A stretch of 64,000 nucleotides of DNA from IMG/VR virus record IMGVR_UViG_3300009184_000029, positions 158,830 to 222,829 of that record; one strand, written 5' to 3'. Below are positions 9,358-20,754 of the stretch, one piece after another (within the stretch, counting starts at the first letter, position 1; each line of letters starts with the position of its first letter). Under the pieces are notes generated by a model that was not told the origin of the DNA, searched no databases, and saw only the letters and a list, made by a program, of their open reading frames with translations. The translations under genes and the position numbers were made by a program.

Positions 9358-11790
9358 ATGATGTCACTAAGAATTAAAAAACGTAGTGGGGACGATGCGT
9401 CGTTTAACCCACAAAAAATTTATAACAGAATTAAACGAGCCGCTAAAGGATTAACGGTTAACTCTGACGAAATATTCATTAAGGTAATAACCTCAGTTCC
9501 GACTGAGGGTATTATCACAACCAAAGATTTGGATAAGTTGATTTATGAAATTGCTGCGGCATTTACGGGTAGTCATCATGACTACTCTCGTTTAGCGTCA
9601 TCAGTGGCAATTTCTTCATACCATAAAGAAACTGACCCAAGTTTCTCAAACGTTATGCATACTTTACATGTTGATGGTGTTGTAAGTAACGAGTTAATGG
9701 GAATTGTTGAATCTTACGGACCTGATAAGATTGATGAAGTAATTAATCACGATAATGATTATAACTTTGACTATTTTGCTTGGAGGTCACTTTCTGAAAT
9801 GTACTTGTTGAAACTACCTGACGGTAAAGTTGTTGAACGTCCACAACATATGTATATGAGAGTTGCTCTTTGGGTAACAAATACATTCGAGGAAGCGGTT
9901 GAGTATTACCAATCTTTATCAACACAAAGAATATCTCCCGCAACACCAATCATGATTAACGCCGGTACCAAAGTTCCACAACTTGCTTCTTGTGTTCTTC
10001 ATTACAATGATTCAGATTCTCGTGATGGATTACTGAACACTATGAGAGATATCTCAACGTACTCATCGGATGCTGCGGGTATCGGACTATCAATGTCTAA
10101 CATTCGTAGTAAGGAGAGTCGTATTTCATCTTCAGGTGGATATGCAGGTGGACTTTTGAAGTATTTAAAGATTGTAAACGAGTCACTTCGTTTCTTTAAC
10201 CAACAAGGACGTAGACCAGGTTCTGCGGCAATTTACTTAGAACCTTGGCATAAAGATATCTTTGACCTATTGGAAATTAAAAAGAACACAGGTGCTGAAG
10301 AATTAAGAGCTCGTGATTTGTTTACCGCACTTTGGATTCCTGACAACTTTATGAACGCAGTTAAGAACAACGATGATTGGTATTTGTTCTGTCCTAACGA
10401 TATTATTAAAGCGGGTATCAAACCATTACAAGAAAGTTATGGTGATGAGTACGAATCTAATTACAACAAAGCCGTTGAGTTAGGTCTTGGTAAGAAAGTT
10501 AAAGCCCAAGAAATTTGGAATAAGATTATTGAATCACAAGTTGAAACAGGTGTTCCATATCTATGTTCTAAAGATAGTGCTAACAGAAAGACAAACCATC
10601 AGAACATTGGGGTAATCAAACAATCAAACCTTTGTAATGAGATTTACCAATATACTGACGAGAATACAACGGCAATCTGTACTCTTTCATCTATGGTGTT
10701 AAAGAACTATGTAAAAGATGGTGAGTTTGATTTTCAGGGATTGTATGAAGAAACTCGTAAAGTTGTAAGAGCGTTAAATAAAGTCGTTAACGTCAACAAT
10801 TACTCAACTGAAAAAGGACTTAAAGGTGGATTGGAACAAAGAGCAATTGCTATTGGAACACAAGGACTTGCTGACGTATTTTATTTGATGGATTACATCT
10901 TCACATCTGAAGAAGCTCGTAAATTAAATAAAGAGATTTTTGAAACAATCTATTTCGCAGCAATCACTGAAAGTAACAGATTGTGTATGGATGGTATATA
11001 TGAACCATATGCTCACTTTGAAGGGTCACCGATGTCACAAGGAGTTTTCCAATTTGATATGTGGGGATTGAAAGAAGATGAGTTATCTAAAAGATGGCCT
11101 TGGGGGATTCTTAAACAGAATGTTAGTAAATATGGAGTTTGTAACTCATTATTCACGGCTCAAATGCCTGTAGCATCTTCAGCTAAGATTACAGGTTCAT
11201 ATGAAATGACAGAACCCGCTCACTCGGCAATCTTTAACAGACGTGTGGTTGGTGGAGAGATTATGATTGTTAACAAGTATTTGATTAGTGACTTTGAAAA
11301 GATTGGAATTTGGTCTGAGGACTTAAAGAATGAAATCATCATGAACGAAGGTTCAATTCAAAACATTAACTTCAATAACTATCTTGACCAAGAAGATAAG
11401 AGATATAATTTCAAAGTTAAAAGAACTGAACATTTAATTAATAAGTACAAAACAATTTGGGAGATTTCACAAAGAGAATTGATTGAAATGGCGGCTGATA
11501 GAGCACCATTTATTGACCAATCACAGTCAATGAATATCTATATGTCAAACCCAACATTGTCAAAAATTTCATCATCACATTTCTATGGATGGGAAAAAGG
11601 ATTGAAAACACTTTGTTATTACGTTAGAACAAGAGCAATCTCAACTGGGGCTAAACACTTGGCAATGGACGTATCAAAAATTAATAAACCAAAACCAACT
11701 CCTGAACCACCAAAGGTTGACTACAGTTATATGAATTTACCTCCAAAACCTGAGAATAGTGATTTTGATTGTTTTGGATGTTCATCCTAA
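9358..11790 (+). CDS. nrdA: Ribonucleotide reductase class Ia alpha subunit with ATP cone
   Basis: ERPQHMYMRVA, PQLASC, QGRRPG, SNLCNEI, AQMPVASS, IDQSQS, LKTLCYY, C-terminal CFGCSS; no intein visible. Confidence 0.97.
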   Translation: MMSLRIKKRSGDDASFNPQKIYNRIKRAAKGLTVNSDEIFIKVITSVPTEGIITTKDLDKLIYEIAAAFTGSHHDYSRLASSVAISSYHKETDPSFSNVMHTLHVDGVVSNELMGIVESYGPDKIDEVINHDNDYNFDYFAWRSLSEMYLLKLPDGKVVERPQHMYMRVALWVTNTFEEAVEYYQSLSTQRISPATPIMINAGTKVPQLASCVLHYNDSDSRDGLLNTMRDISTYSSDAAGIGLSMSNIRSKESRISSSGGYAGGLLKYLKIVNESLRFFNQQGRRPGSAAIYLEPWHKDIFDLLEIKKNTGAEELRARDLFTALWIPDNFMNAVKNNDDWYLFCPNDIIKAGIKPLQESYGDEYESNYNKAVELGLGKKVKAQEIWNKIIESQVETGVPYLCSKDSANRKTNHQNIGVIKQSNLCNEIYQYTDENTTAICTLSSMVLKNYVKDGEFDFQGLYEETRKVVRALNKVVNVNNYSTEKGLKGGLEQRAIAIGTQGLADVFYLMDYIFTSEEARKLNKEIFETIYFAAITESNRLCMDGIYEPYAHFEGSPMSQGVFQFDMWGLKEDELSKRWPWGILKQNVSKYGVCNSLFTAQMPVASSAKITGSYEMTEPAHSAIFNRRVVGGEIMIVNKYLISDFEKIGIWSEDLKNEIIMNEGSIQNINFNNYLDQEDKRYNFKVKRTEHLINKYKTIWEISQRELIEMAADRAPFIDQSQSMNIYMSNPTLSKISSSHFYGWEKGLKTLCYYVRTRAISTGAKHLAMDVSKINKPKPTPEPPKVDYSYMNLPPKPENSDFDCFGCSS

Positions 11791-11806
11791 AAAAATCCGA
11801 TGTGTT

Positions 11807-11831
11807 ATCCCGAGCTAGGTCGGGATTTTTT
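11807..11831 (+). terminator. Rho-independent terminator after nrdA
   Basis: ATCCCGA-gctagg-TCGGGAT followed by T run. Confidence 0.8.
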
Positions 11832-11868
11832 ATTTTCATTATGATTTACTGAAAATTTTACAACATTA

Positions 11869-11876
11869 TATTTATT
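11869..11876 (+). promoter_or_regulatory. Putative late promoter TATTTATT
   Basis: TATTTAT ends 5 nt before ATG 11881 of the baseplate operon. Confidence 0.5.
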
Positions 11877-11880
11877 TGAT

Positions 11881-12339
11881 ATGGCAGATGGAAGAACATA
11901 CGGTATAAATTTTCCTTTTAAAGATTCTTTAAATGGTAAATATTTGGATTTGTCCGATACTGCTGATGAAGAAATCAGAAGTAATTTAATCCACTTATTA
12001 TTATCTAGAAAAGGAAGTAGGTATTTTTTACCTGATTTTGGGACTCGATTATATGAATATATTTTTGAACCACTTGATGGACCAACATTTACCGATATTG
12101 AAGCGGAAATCAGAGATGCTGTTGAGAAGTATATTCCAAATCTAACAATAAATGGAATTAATATAACTTCAACTGAAAGTGAAGAGGGGAGTGATGTTGT
12201 GACTACAAATCAAGACATTTTAAGAACTGTTGATGCTGGCTCACAATCAATACCTGATTATACTGCGAAAATAAGAGTTGACTACACAATAACAAATGAT
12301 GCATTTAAGAGCAAAGATTTTGTAATAATTAACCTATAA
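11881..12339 (+). CDS. Baseplate wedge subunit gp25/GPW-like
   Basis: IRSNLIHLLLSRKGSRYFLPDFGTRLYEYIFEP is the typical gp25 signature. Confidence 0.92.
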   Translation: MADGRTYGINFPFKDSLNGKYLDLSDTADEEIRSNLIHLLLSRKGSRYFLPDFGTRLYEYIFEPLDGPTFTDIEAEIRDAVEKYIPNLTINGINITSTESEEGSDVVTTNQDILRTVDAGSQSIPDYTAKIRVDYTITNDAFKSKDFVIINL

Positions 12340-12343
12340 AAAT

Positions 12344-14182
12344 ATGGCTGAAAAAAAAATATCGTATACTACAAGGGATTTCCAATCTATAAGACAAGAA
12401 TTAGTAACCTTTGTTCAAACTTATTATCCTGATTTAATCCAAAATGTAAATGACGCTTCAGTTTTTTCAGTTTTATTGGACTTAAATGCTGCGGTTACCG
12501 ACAATCTTCAGTTCCATATTGATAGAAGTATTCAAGAAACGGTATTACAATATGCTCAACAAAAAAGTTCAATATATAATATTGCGAGAACTTATGGTTT
12601 AAAAATACCTGGATTAAGACCATCAGTTGCGGTTGTCGATTTTTCTATTACTGTTCCCGCTTTAGGTGATGCTGAGGATTTAAGATATTGTGGAGTTTTA
12701 AGAGCGGGAAGTCAAGTTATCGGGGCAGGTCAAATTTTCGAAACAGTTAACGATGTTGATTTTACCTCACCGTTAAATGCTGAAGGATATCCAAACAGAG
12801 TTAAAATTCCAAATTTTGATGCTAATAATAATTTAATTAATTATACTATTGTTAAAAGGGAAACTGTTGTTAATGGTATTACAAAAGTATTCAAAAGAAC
12901 AATAACAGGTAGTGATGCTAAACCATTTTTAGAGTTATTTTTACCTGAAAAAAATGTTTTAGGTGTTACAAGTGTATTACTTAAAGATGGGGTTAGTTAT
13001 TCTAATGTACCTACATCTCAAGAATTTTTAGGTACTACTGATAGATGGTATGAAGTATATGCTTTAGCGGAGGACAGAGTTTTTGTACCCGACACTTCAA
13101 AACCCGCTGACCAACCAGGACTTAAAGTTGGTAAATATATCCAAACTAATACAAGGTTTATAACTGAATATACACCTGAAAGTTTTCTTAAATTAACTTT
13201 CGGTGGAGGAAACACTTCTGCTGATGAACAATTAAGAGACTTTGCGAGAAATGGTATAAACTTAGATTTATCAAAATATCAGAATAATTTCTCATTAGGT
13301 TCAACGTTAAAACCAAATTCAACTTTGTTTATTCAATATAGAATTGGTGGAGGATTGGCGACTAATTTAGGTGTTAATGTTATAAACCAAATTGGAACTA
13401 TATCTTTCTTTGTAAACGGACCGTCACAGAGTGTTAATCAAAACGTTCAACAGTCATTACAATGTAACAATGTTACGGCTGCGATTGGTGGGGCAGATAG
13501 ACCAAGTTTAGAAGAGGTTAGAAATTATGTAGGATTTAATTTCTCGGCTCAAAAAAGAGCGGTAACCATAAATGACTATCAATCAATACTTAGAACAATG
13601 CCGTCACAATATGGGGCACCGGCAAAGGTTGCAGTTTTTGAACAAGATAATAAAATTGTGGTAAAACTTTTATCATACGATACTAATGGTGCTTTAACAA
13701 ATATTGTATCAAATACATTAATATCAAATATTGCGAATTATCTATCAAACTATAGAATGATTAATGATTATATCTCAGTACAAACTGCTGATGTCATTGA
13801 CTTATCATTGGACATTTCAGTTGTTCTTAATTCTACACAAAGTCAGGGAGCGGTTGTTAGTAGTATAATTAACAAAGTTACCGCATTCTTTAGTCCTACA
13901 CAAATAGAAATGGGAGAAACAATTTATATTTCAGAATTAAGAAGAATTTTACAATCTGAAAATGGTGTTCTTTCTGTTGCAGATATTTCAGTTTACAATA
14001 AAGTTGGAGGTCAGTACTCATCATCAGAAACATCAATGAGTTACTCTGATGCGACTACTAAAAAAATACAACTTAATGAAGAAACTCTTTACGCAGAACC
14101 AACCCAAATATACCAAATTAGATTCCCTGCTAAAGACATTATCGTTAGAACAAAGAATTTAACTACAGTAAACATTTCCTAA
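12344..14182 (+). CDS. Baseplate wedge protein gp6 / baseplate J-like
   Basis: YTTRDFQSIR..L, NIARTYG, YRIGGG, AIGGAD, QKRAVTINDY motifs; follows gp25. Confidence 0.9.
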   Translation: MAEKKISYTTRDFQSIRQELVTFVQTYYPDLIQNVNDASVFSVLLDLNAAVTDNLQFHIDRSIQETVLQYAQQKSSIYNIARTYGLKIPGLRPSVAVVDFSITVPALGDAEDLRYCGVLRAGSQVIGAGQIFETVNDVDFTSPLNAEGYPNRVKIPNFDANNNLINYTIVKRETVVNGITKVFKRTITGSDAKPFLELFLPEKNVLGVTSVLLKDGVSYSNVPTSQEFLGTTDRWYEVYALAEDRVFVPDTSKPADQPGLKVGKYIQTNTRFITEYTPESFLKLTFGGGNTSADEQLRDFARNGINLDLSKYQNNFSLGSTLKPNSTLFIQYRIGGGLATNLGVNVINQIGTISFFVNGPSQSVNQNVQQSLQCNNVTAAIGGADRPSLEEVRNYVGFNFSAQKRAVTINDYQSILRTMPSQYGAPAKVAVFEQDNKIVVKLLSYDTNGALTNIVSNTLISNIANYLSNYRMINDYISVQTADVIDLSLDISVVLNSTQSQGAVVSSIINKVTAFFSPTQIEMGETIYISELRRILQSENGVLSVADISVYNKVGGQYSSSETSMSYSDATTKKIQLNEETLYAEPTQIYQIRFPAKDIIVRTKNLTTVNIS

Positions 14183-14213
14183 TCTGAATATTTTTATAAA
14201 ATAGTAATAAAAC

Positions 14214-14221
14214 TATTTATA
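14214..14221 (+). promoter_or_regulatory. Putative late promoter TATTTATA
   Basis: TATTTAT ends 6 nt before ATG 14227. Confidence 0.55.
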
Positions 14222-14226
14222 AAAAT

Positions 14227-17200
14227 ATGGGTAAAAACTTTAGAATTAGGACAAAGGTTGGAGTAGATACGAGAGTTGAAGCCAAGTTAGAACAAGATTT
14301 TGATTTTTTAGAAATTCTTTCTTTAAAATTAACTCAGCAACAAGTTTACAATAGACCAACCTCAAACTATGGAGTTTTATGTGGTAGAGTTTACGCTAAT
14401 AATGGTTTTGGTGTTCCTAACGCAAAAGTATCAGTTTTTATTCCTCTAACTGATGAGGATTCTAACAACCCTGTAATATCAAGAATATATCCTTATAGAA
14501 ATTTAAATACTCAAAATGAAGATGGGTATCGGTATAATTTATTACCATATGTTGCATCATATACAGGACACGTACCAACAGGAACATTTCCTGATAGAGA
14601 AGACATTTTAAAAGATAAATCTCTAAGTTATACCTATGAAAAATATTATAAATTCACCGCCAAAACAAATGATGCGGGTGATTTTATGATATTTGGAGCA
14701 CCTGTTGGGAATCACACAATTGTGATGGATGTTGACGTTTCTGACATTGGTCAGTTTTCATTAACACCCCAAGATTTATTAAGAATAGGTAGAGCAACTG
14801 AAGCTCAACTTGATGGTGCTAAATTTAAAGAATCAACAGATTTAGATTCTCTACCTCAAATAATCGGAATTAAAAAGACAATAGATATTAATCCATTTTG
14901 GGGTGACCCTGATTTGGCGACAATCGCGGTAACAAGAGTTGACTTTAATCTTTTAGAGGAGGCAAATATTGAATTTAAACCTACATGTGTATTCATGGGT
15001 TCATTAATTTCAGGTATTGATACTAAGGCAATTTCTAAAACGTGTAAAGTTAAAGTTAGAGCAGGTGATTTATGTGAATTAATTACAGGTCCTGGACAAA
15101 TTTTAGCGATTAGACAAACAGTTAATTTTGATAAATTAGGAAGACCCATATTAGAACAGTATAAGGTAGAAAATGACGGACAGGTAATTGATGAAAACGG
15201 TACTTGGATGATTGACCTACCAATGAATATGGATTACGTGTATACTGATGAAGAAGGTAAACAACAAATAAGTTATGACCCAAGTATTGGAATACCAACA
15301 AAAGGTAGATATAGATTTAAAATTAAATGGAATCAATCTGACAAGTCAACAGAACAATTAAAAAGAGGGTATTTCTTAATTCCCAACGTTAAAGAATATG
15401 GATGGGATAAAGATAATTTGGGATTAAATCCGGCGAAAGATTTAAACCCTCCCGCAACTGTACCCCCAACAATTAGTGCTGCGACAATAAGTACACCATC
15501 GGTAACTGGACCTCCTGTTATATCTTACCAAATTGACCAACCATTGGTTGATTTTGCTAATACTTCTTTTGGTAAATTTACAAGGTCATATTCATTTAGT
15601 TTAAGTTGGTTTGATTATGTAAATCCTCAGTCAGCAATTAATTGTGACGACACATTCTATGAGTTCCAATATAATAAAGTTTATACTGTATCTCAGTTAA
15701 TTGACAAATATAGAAGTGGAAAATTACCTGCAAGATTTTTAGGATTTAAAAATTGTTTAGATGATAAATGCGCCGGAAATACTGAAAAATTTCCAGTTAA
15801 TGACGGACACTATAACATAACATTTTTATACGTATTACTTACCGCATTAATAACTTTAGCAAAACCAATTGTTTTAATTATTGTTTTAATATTTGCGATT
15901 TTAGCTTGGATTTACAGATTAATTTCTGAGTTTATTTGCGATAAAATAGTTCCGTTACTTAGAAATTTAGGAAGAACAAGAACTGTTGCCGGTTTTGATT
16001 TTGTTATTTGTCCTACGTGTAATGGTACTGCAGATGATTTAGAGAATAAATGGTGTGATAGACCAAACCCATTTACAGATAAAAGATTTCCTTTGTTATT
16101 ACAAGATGATGGTGATTGTTCATTTTGTGACTGTAAAGATAGTGGAGAATCTTTGGCGGGAAATGTATATGGAGCGGTTAACTCTAGTTGTTTGGCAGAC
16201 CTTTCATCAACATCTAAATGGTTATATGATGTTAGTATAAGTACAGAATTACAGTCACCACCTCAAATAAATTTATTGGCGGGATTTACGTCTCCATTTT
16301 TTAATTTCGCAACAAGAATGCCAACCACATGTGTATATCCTCAAACATATTCGTATGGTTCATTAGCATTTGATTATGGGTCTGTGTTTTTAACTGAGCA
16401 AGGTGTTGGACCCGCAGTCTTTTCACCGTCATTAACAATTTCTGAAAGATTAAATTTATTTAATACTAAGGCTAAGTATTTCAATAATGGTGGATTAGAT
16501 ATAGATACATTTACATTACCGGCAAGTCATGGTTCAAGTTTAATTAGTACTGAATTAAGCCAAATGAATGTTAACAAAGGAGGATGGAATAGAATTAAAC
16601 TTACAATTTCTTCCGAAGATGCGATTCAAGACCAAACAGATTGGCTAGCAGCTCAAAAACTACCATTACCTGGAGGGGCATACCCAAGTGACGGTTCTTA
16701 TCACTTGGATAATGTAATGATTTTACTTGTTGATGAGAACTGTAAATTGGGTACTACAAGAGCTGGTACTTTAGTTACTTTTAATAATCCTACGTTATCA
16801 TCCGACGTTAATTTAACAGGATTTACAACAACTTCCCAAGGACAAGGAGGTCAAACAATATTTACTCCAACGTTTAATCCATATGGTGGAAGACAAATAA
16901 CGGGAACTCCAATACATAAATCAGCTCAAACTTCAACAACTGCGGGTAAAAATTTGGATGTTTGGTATGCTGACCCAAGTGATGCTAATGTTGAGCCAGT
17001 AATTTTTAATCCTAATCTAATTGTAAAATGGAACCTTATAACTGACCCGTATGTACAAAGTTTAAAAAATATTATAGATGCTAACCAAACAATTTATGGT
17101 GGGCCATTTAATATTAACAATATAAGGGGTGATGCTCCAGGGTCCACATATACAGATGAACTTACATTCCCATATGTAGGTAATAAAGCTTCATACACTA

Positions 17201-20200
17201 TAAATTATGATGTTGATTTAATACCTCCGTATTACAAATATCCTGCAGATATTGAGTATTTCCAAGTAATTGAGAATTATAGTATTGATTCGTTAGTTAA
17301 TAAATGGGCTCCTGATAGTCCGTCTAATGCACTTTCTTTAAAAAGGAGATATTTGTATAATCAAATGCAAGTTATTAGATGGAGAAAATTTAAATATTTT
17401 TTAAGTAGCGTAAACAATACTGCTCCAGGAACAACAAGTCCTAATTTAGTTAACACACCTATTGGTACTAATAATACTTCTTTATATTTACAACCTATTG
17501 TATATACAAATCAATTAAAACCACATGAGTTATTTCAAAATTTTGGTAAATTAAGGGTGGTAATTTTACAAAGAGGTGTTGACCCGTATTCACCAAAGTT
17601 TAAAATGAAAATAGATTTATCTAGACTTTTAGGTTTTACGGATTTTAAAACTGGATTTTCAGTTGATTCGGATGGTAGAGTGATTCAAAATTATTATAGG
17701 TTAAATCAACCAATACAAGGTTCAAGCAGAAGTCAAAGTCATTATTACTATCTTGGTAAAAAAACGTATGACTTTCAAGGATATATGCAAATAGATGATG
17801 ATTCATTTCCATTAACGGAGTATGGTAGATTATTTTTTAAATCAAAATTTTTTAAACCTAGTCCAACTCAATTTACATCATTTAGTTCTAACATATTACA
17901 AAAATACTCTGCTTTAGGTGATAGAAAAATTAATTACCCAAGTTCGTCTCAGAGACCATTTAAAAATTTTACATCTTATTTTAAATGGTTTACATTTTGT
18001 GCTAATGCATCTTTTAGTAATAATCTGTATTACGGAACTTCGGGGACTAATACTATACCTGCTAGTACGACTCCTTTATTTGCAAATGGGGGACAATCAC
18101 CAATAACAACAACAACAAATCCCATATCATCCCAATACACCCAAACTTTGGGTTCTACTCCAAGATTATTACTATACAGATGTAATAATGACCCATCTAT
18201 ATCTACAACTAATATTGCTCCTGGTATAAATCCAAATTATCTTAATTTTACTCAAGGACCAGTTCCTGACGGGAACAATACCTATAATCAATTTTATTTT
18301 ACACCTATACCTGCAAATTCTGCAAACGCTTCTGCTAATGGAGATGTTCTTGTTTTAAGTAATAATTCGTCTTTAGCACAAGATGGAATCACTTCAAGTT
18401 ATAGTATACAAACAACATTACAAAATAGAGTTATTTATGATGGTATTGGTGTAAAAGCGCATTATAATAATTTGTTTACACAAAGGTGGAAAAAGACATC
18501 TTCAACTAACAGTAATTCTTTTTGGTCTGCGTTTATTGGGGTTAATAAATACGTAAATAATCAAGCTTGGGGACCTGGATGGACAGTTAATAACGGTAGT
18601 AGTGATAGTCAAGTTATTAATACTTTAGAAGAATATCCGGGGTATACAGGGTATTTCCCATATGAAGATATTGGAGGAGGTTCGTATATGTGGGCAGAAT
18701 TAAATTTTGACACTAATAGTGGACAAGCATTAAGTGACCCTGATTTAGGATATAAGTATTTAACTCAACTTTATTATGTGCCAAGATATGATACTGGATT
18801 AACAGTCACTTACGAGAAATTAACAGGAGCAATAATACCAACAACCAACGCAGCACTTAATGGTTCAACGGCATCTAATGATTGGCCGAATCAATCAGAG
18901 GGTGACATATTTAATATCTTTAGAAGTGATAGATTACCTACATCTGATAATACAGATACTGAGGGTAAAAATTCATTTGTTTTGTATCAGAATAATTTGT
19001 TTGCGGTTTACATCATCGACACAACCCAAACAGGTGTTACTGTTAGTTTCTCACAATCTGCTCAGAATAATTCAGGATTGGCTCTTGAAAATGAACCAGT
19101 GAGTGCTGACGGAGTTGGAGAATTCCCATTACAAAATGTTTTGAATACCATTAGTGACTGTACATTATCCAAAAACTTGGGATGTTATTCAGTAAATACA
19201 AATGGAGATGTTACAGTCAGTAGTTTACCCGGATGTTCACAAGTACCAAAAGATTCGCAAAATGACTCAGTCAAAGTTAGTTTTTTTGAAAATGGATGTT
19301 ATATCTTGGTAAGAACTGATTTTAATTTTATATATTCGTTTCAGTCTGACGCTAAGATAGTGCAAGAATTATTTTTAAGGATTAAATACAATCTTGCAAT
19401 TTGTTTAAATGTTATCTCACATAATTTTAATAATGAGTGGATTAATGGTACACTATTAGCATTTCCATTTAAACAAGTTACAATTTTTGGTGGTAATAAT
19501 CAGGTATCGCAAAAAAATTTCTGTAAAGAAACTATGATGTTTAATTATCAGAGTAATAATTTCTATTATAGAAGTAGTCCATATGCTTTAGGTAGTGACA
19601 GGTATACTCTTAACACTGACGGAACAGTTTCAAATACAAGTGAAGCTGGAACTAATGCAGGTCAATTTGTCGGACAGAGAAAAAATTATAGAAATACGGG
19701 TAATATATTTGGAGCGACTAATGCGTCATTAGGTAATAATAGACAACTTTTATTCCCAACTACTATATTAGACATGGGTCCTGTTAATCCTAATATACAA
19801 GAGTATGTTTATTCTGATGATTATGATGGGTACATGTTAAATAATCTGAACTCAACAACCTTTCAAAGTACTAGTGATATTATAAACTTTTTCACTTTAA
19901 CCCGATTATTGAGACAAGGACTATCATTAAATAGATTTACAAATCAAGACGGGGCATTTGTTCCTGATGTTGTAATTGATTCTTTATTTGATGCTAGAGG
20001 GTCTGAAAAGGCGGTTGACGGAGATTTTGCACAATCTATTGCAATAAACTCACAATTAGGTATTATTAATTTTACCCCTGAAAATTATACATCGGACACT
20101 GTTAAAGTATTCACAAGAAGTACTGGAACAGGTAACGATACAATATACTCTCCTACTTTTGGAATTTTCTTCTCAGGTAGTACATCTCAAAGAGATTTAG

Positions 20201-20754
20201 TTTCACCTAGAAGAATAATATATATTGAAAATTCAAATATACCTTTAAATACTGATTATTATTTAAATATATTAACCAAGTCACAAGAAGTTCCTTTTTA
20301 TCATTGGAATTTGGATGATAAAAATTATAGGCCTGGTTCTTACGCTTCACCTTCTACTGCTGGTCCAAATATATTTGGTTCTGAATCTAATAATTGGTTA
20401 ACAGGACCTGATTCTGATAGTGTTGCTATTACTACTCCTTTTAACCAAAACAATCAAACATTGTCAAATAATAATAAATTTTTCAAATACAAATATCAAA
20501 AAGTAGATAGATTAGACTCTGTTTCAGACACATTCCAAAATTATAATACATCACAAACACGTCTGACCGGATGGATATGGGATTATGATGCAACTATAAA
20601 TAAATTAAATTATCAAATCACATCAACTAAAGGTTCTAAACATCCAAGAATTATGAATGGGGCTCCTTATTATTTTTATTTTGGATTAATAAAAGGTGCA
20701 ACTGCTTGGGATAGATTTGTTAGAAGATGGATAAATACTACTGAAGAATTATAA
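14227..20754 (+). CDS. Very large baseplate-region structural protein (2175 aa) with N-terminal carboxypeptidase-regulatory-like fold and an internal hydrophobic hairpin
   Basis: GVLCGRV...GVPNAKVSV and TNDAGDFMIFG.PVG.HT motifs; ~40-aa hydrophobic stretch; N/S/T-rich. Confidence 0.65.
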   Translation: MGKNFRIRTKVGVDTRVEAKLEQDFDFLEILSLKLTQQQVYNRPTSNYGVLCGRVYANNGFGVPNAKVSVFIPLTDEDSNNPVISRIYPYRNLNTQNEDGYRYNLLPYVASYTGHVPTGTFPDREDILKDKSLSYTYEKYYKFTAKTNDAGDFMIFGAPVGNHTIVMDVDVSDIGQFSLTPQDLLRIGRATEAQLDGAKFKESTDLDSLPQIIGIKKTIDINPFWGDPDLATIAVTRVDFNLLEEANIEFKPTCVFMGSLISGIDTKAISKTCKVKVRAGDLCELITGPGQILAIRQTVNFDKLGRPILEQYKVENDGQVIDENGTWMIDLPMNMDYVYTDEEGKQQISYDPSIGIPTKGRYRFKIKWNQSDKSTEQLKRGYFLIPNVKEYGWDKDNLGLNPAKDLNPPATVPPTISAATISTPSVTGPPVISYQIDQPLVDFANTSFGKFTRSYSFSLSWFDYVNPQSAINCDDTFYEFQYNKVYTVSQLIDKYRSGKLPARFLGFKNCLDDKCAGNTEKFPVNDGHYNITFLYVLLTALITLAKPIVLIIVLIFAILAWIYRLISEFICDKIVPLLRNLGRTRTVAGFDFVICPTCNGTADDLENKWCDRPNPFTDKRFPLLLQDDGDCSFCDCKDSGESLAGNVYGAVNSSCLADLSSTSKWLYDVSISTELQSPPQINLLAGFTSPFFNFATRMPTTCVYPQTYSYGSLAFDYGSVFLTEQGVGPAVFSPSLTISERLNLFNTKAKYFNNGGLDIDTFTLPASHGSSLISTELSQMNVNKGGWNRIKLTISSEDAIQDQTDWLAAQKLPLPGGAYPSDGSYHLDNVMILLVDENCKLGTTRAGTLVTFNNPTLSSDVNLTGFTTTSQGQGGQTIFTPTFNPYGGRQITGTPIHKSAQTSTTAGKNLDVWYADPSDANVEPVIFNPNLIVKWNLITDPYVQSLKNIIDANQTIYGGPFNINNIRGDAPGSTYTDELTFPYVGNKASYTINYDVDLIPPYYKYPADIEYFQVIENYSIDSLVNKWAPDSPSNALSLKRRYLYNQMQVIRWRKFKYFLSSVNNTAPGTTSPNLVNTPIGTNNTSLYLQPIVYTNQLKPHELFQNFGKLRVVILQRGVDPYSPKFKMKIDLSRLLGFTDFKTGFSVDSDGRVIQNYYRLNQPIQGSSRSQSHYYYLGKKTYDFQGYMQIDDDSFPLTEYGRLFFKSKFFKPSPTQFTSFSSNILQKYSALGDRKINYPSSSQRPFKNFTSYFKWFTFCANASFSNNLYYGTSGTNTIPASTTPLFANGGQSPITTTTNPISSQYTQTLGSTPRLLLYRCNNDPSISTTNIAPGINPNYLNFTQGPVPDGNNTYNQFYFTPIPANSANASANGDVLVLSNNSSLAQDGITSSYSIQTTLQNRVIYDGIGVKAHYNNLFTQRWKKTSSTNSNSFWSAFIGVNKYVNNQAWGPGWTVNNGSSDSQVINTLEEYPGYTGYFPYEDIGGGSYMWAELNFDTNSGQALSDPDLGYKYLTQLYYVPRYDTGLTVTYEKLTGAIIPTTNAALNGSTASNDWPNQSEGDIFNIFRSDRLPTSDNTDTEGKNSFVLYQNNLFAVYIIDTTQTGVTVSFSQSAQNNSGLALENEPVSADGVGEFPLQNVLNTISDCTLSKNLGCYSVNTNGDVTVSSLPGCSQVPKDSQNDSVKVSFFENGCYILVRTDFNFIYSFQSDAKIVQELFLRIKYNLAICLNVISHNFNNEWINGTLLAFPFKQVTIFGGNNQVSQKNFCKETMMFNYQSNNFYYRSSPYALGSDRYTLNTDGTVSNTSEAGTNAGQFVGQRKNYRNTGNIFGATNASLGNNRQLLFPTTILDMGPVNPNIQEYVYSDDYDGYMLNNLNSTTFQSTSDIINFFTLTRLLRQGLSLNRFTNQDGAFVPDVVIDSLFDARGSEKAVDGDFAQSIAINSQLGIINFTPENYTSDTVKVFTRSTGTGNDTIYSPTFGIFFSGSTSQRDLVSPRRIIYIENSNIPLNTDYYLNILTKSQEVPFYHWNLDDKNYRPGSYASPSTAGPNIFGSESNNWLTGPDSDSVAITTPFNQNNQTLSNNNKFFKYKYQKVDRLDSVSDTFQNYNTSQTRLTGWIWDYDATINKLNYQITSTKGSKHPRIMNGAPYYFYFGLIKGATAWDRFVRRWINTTEEL

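Noticed and set aside
4496-11790. Inteins or group I introns in recA, helicase, nrdA, nrdB
   Set aside because: Lengths and motif spacing are normal; no insertion or homing endonuclease motifs seen.
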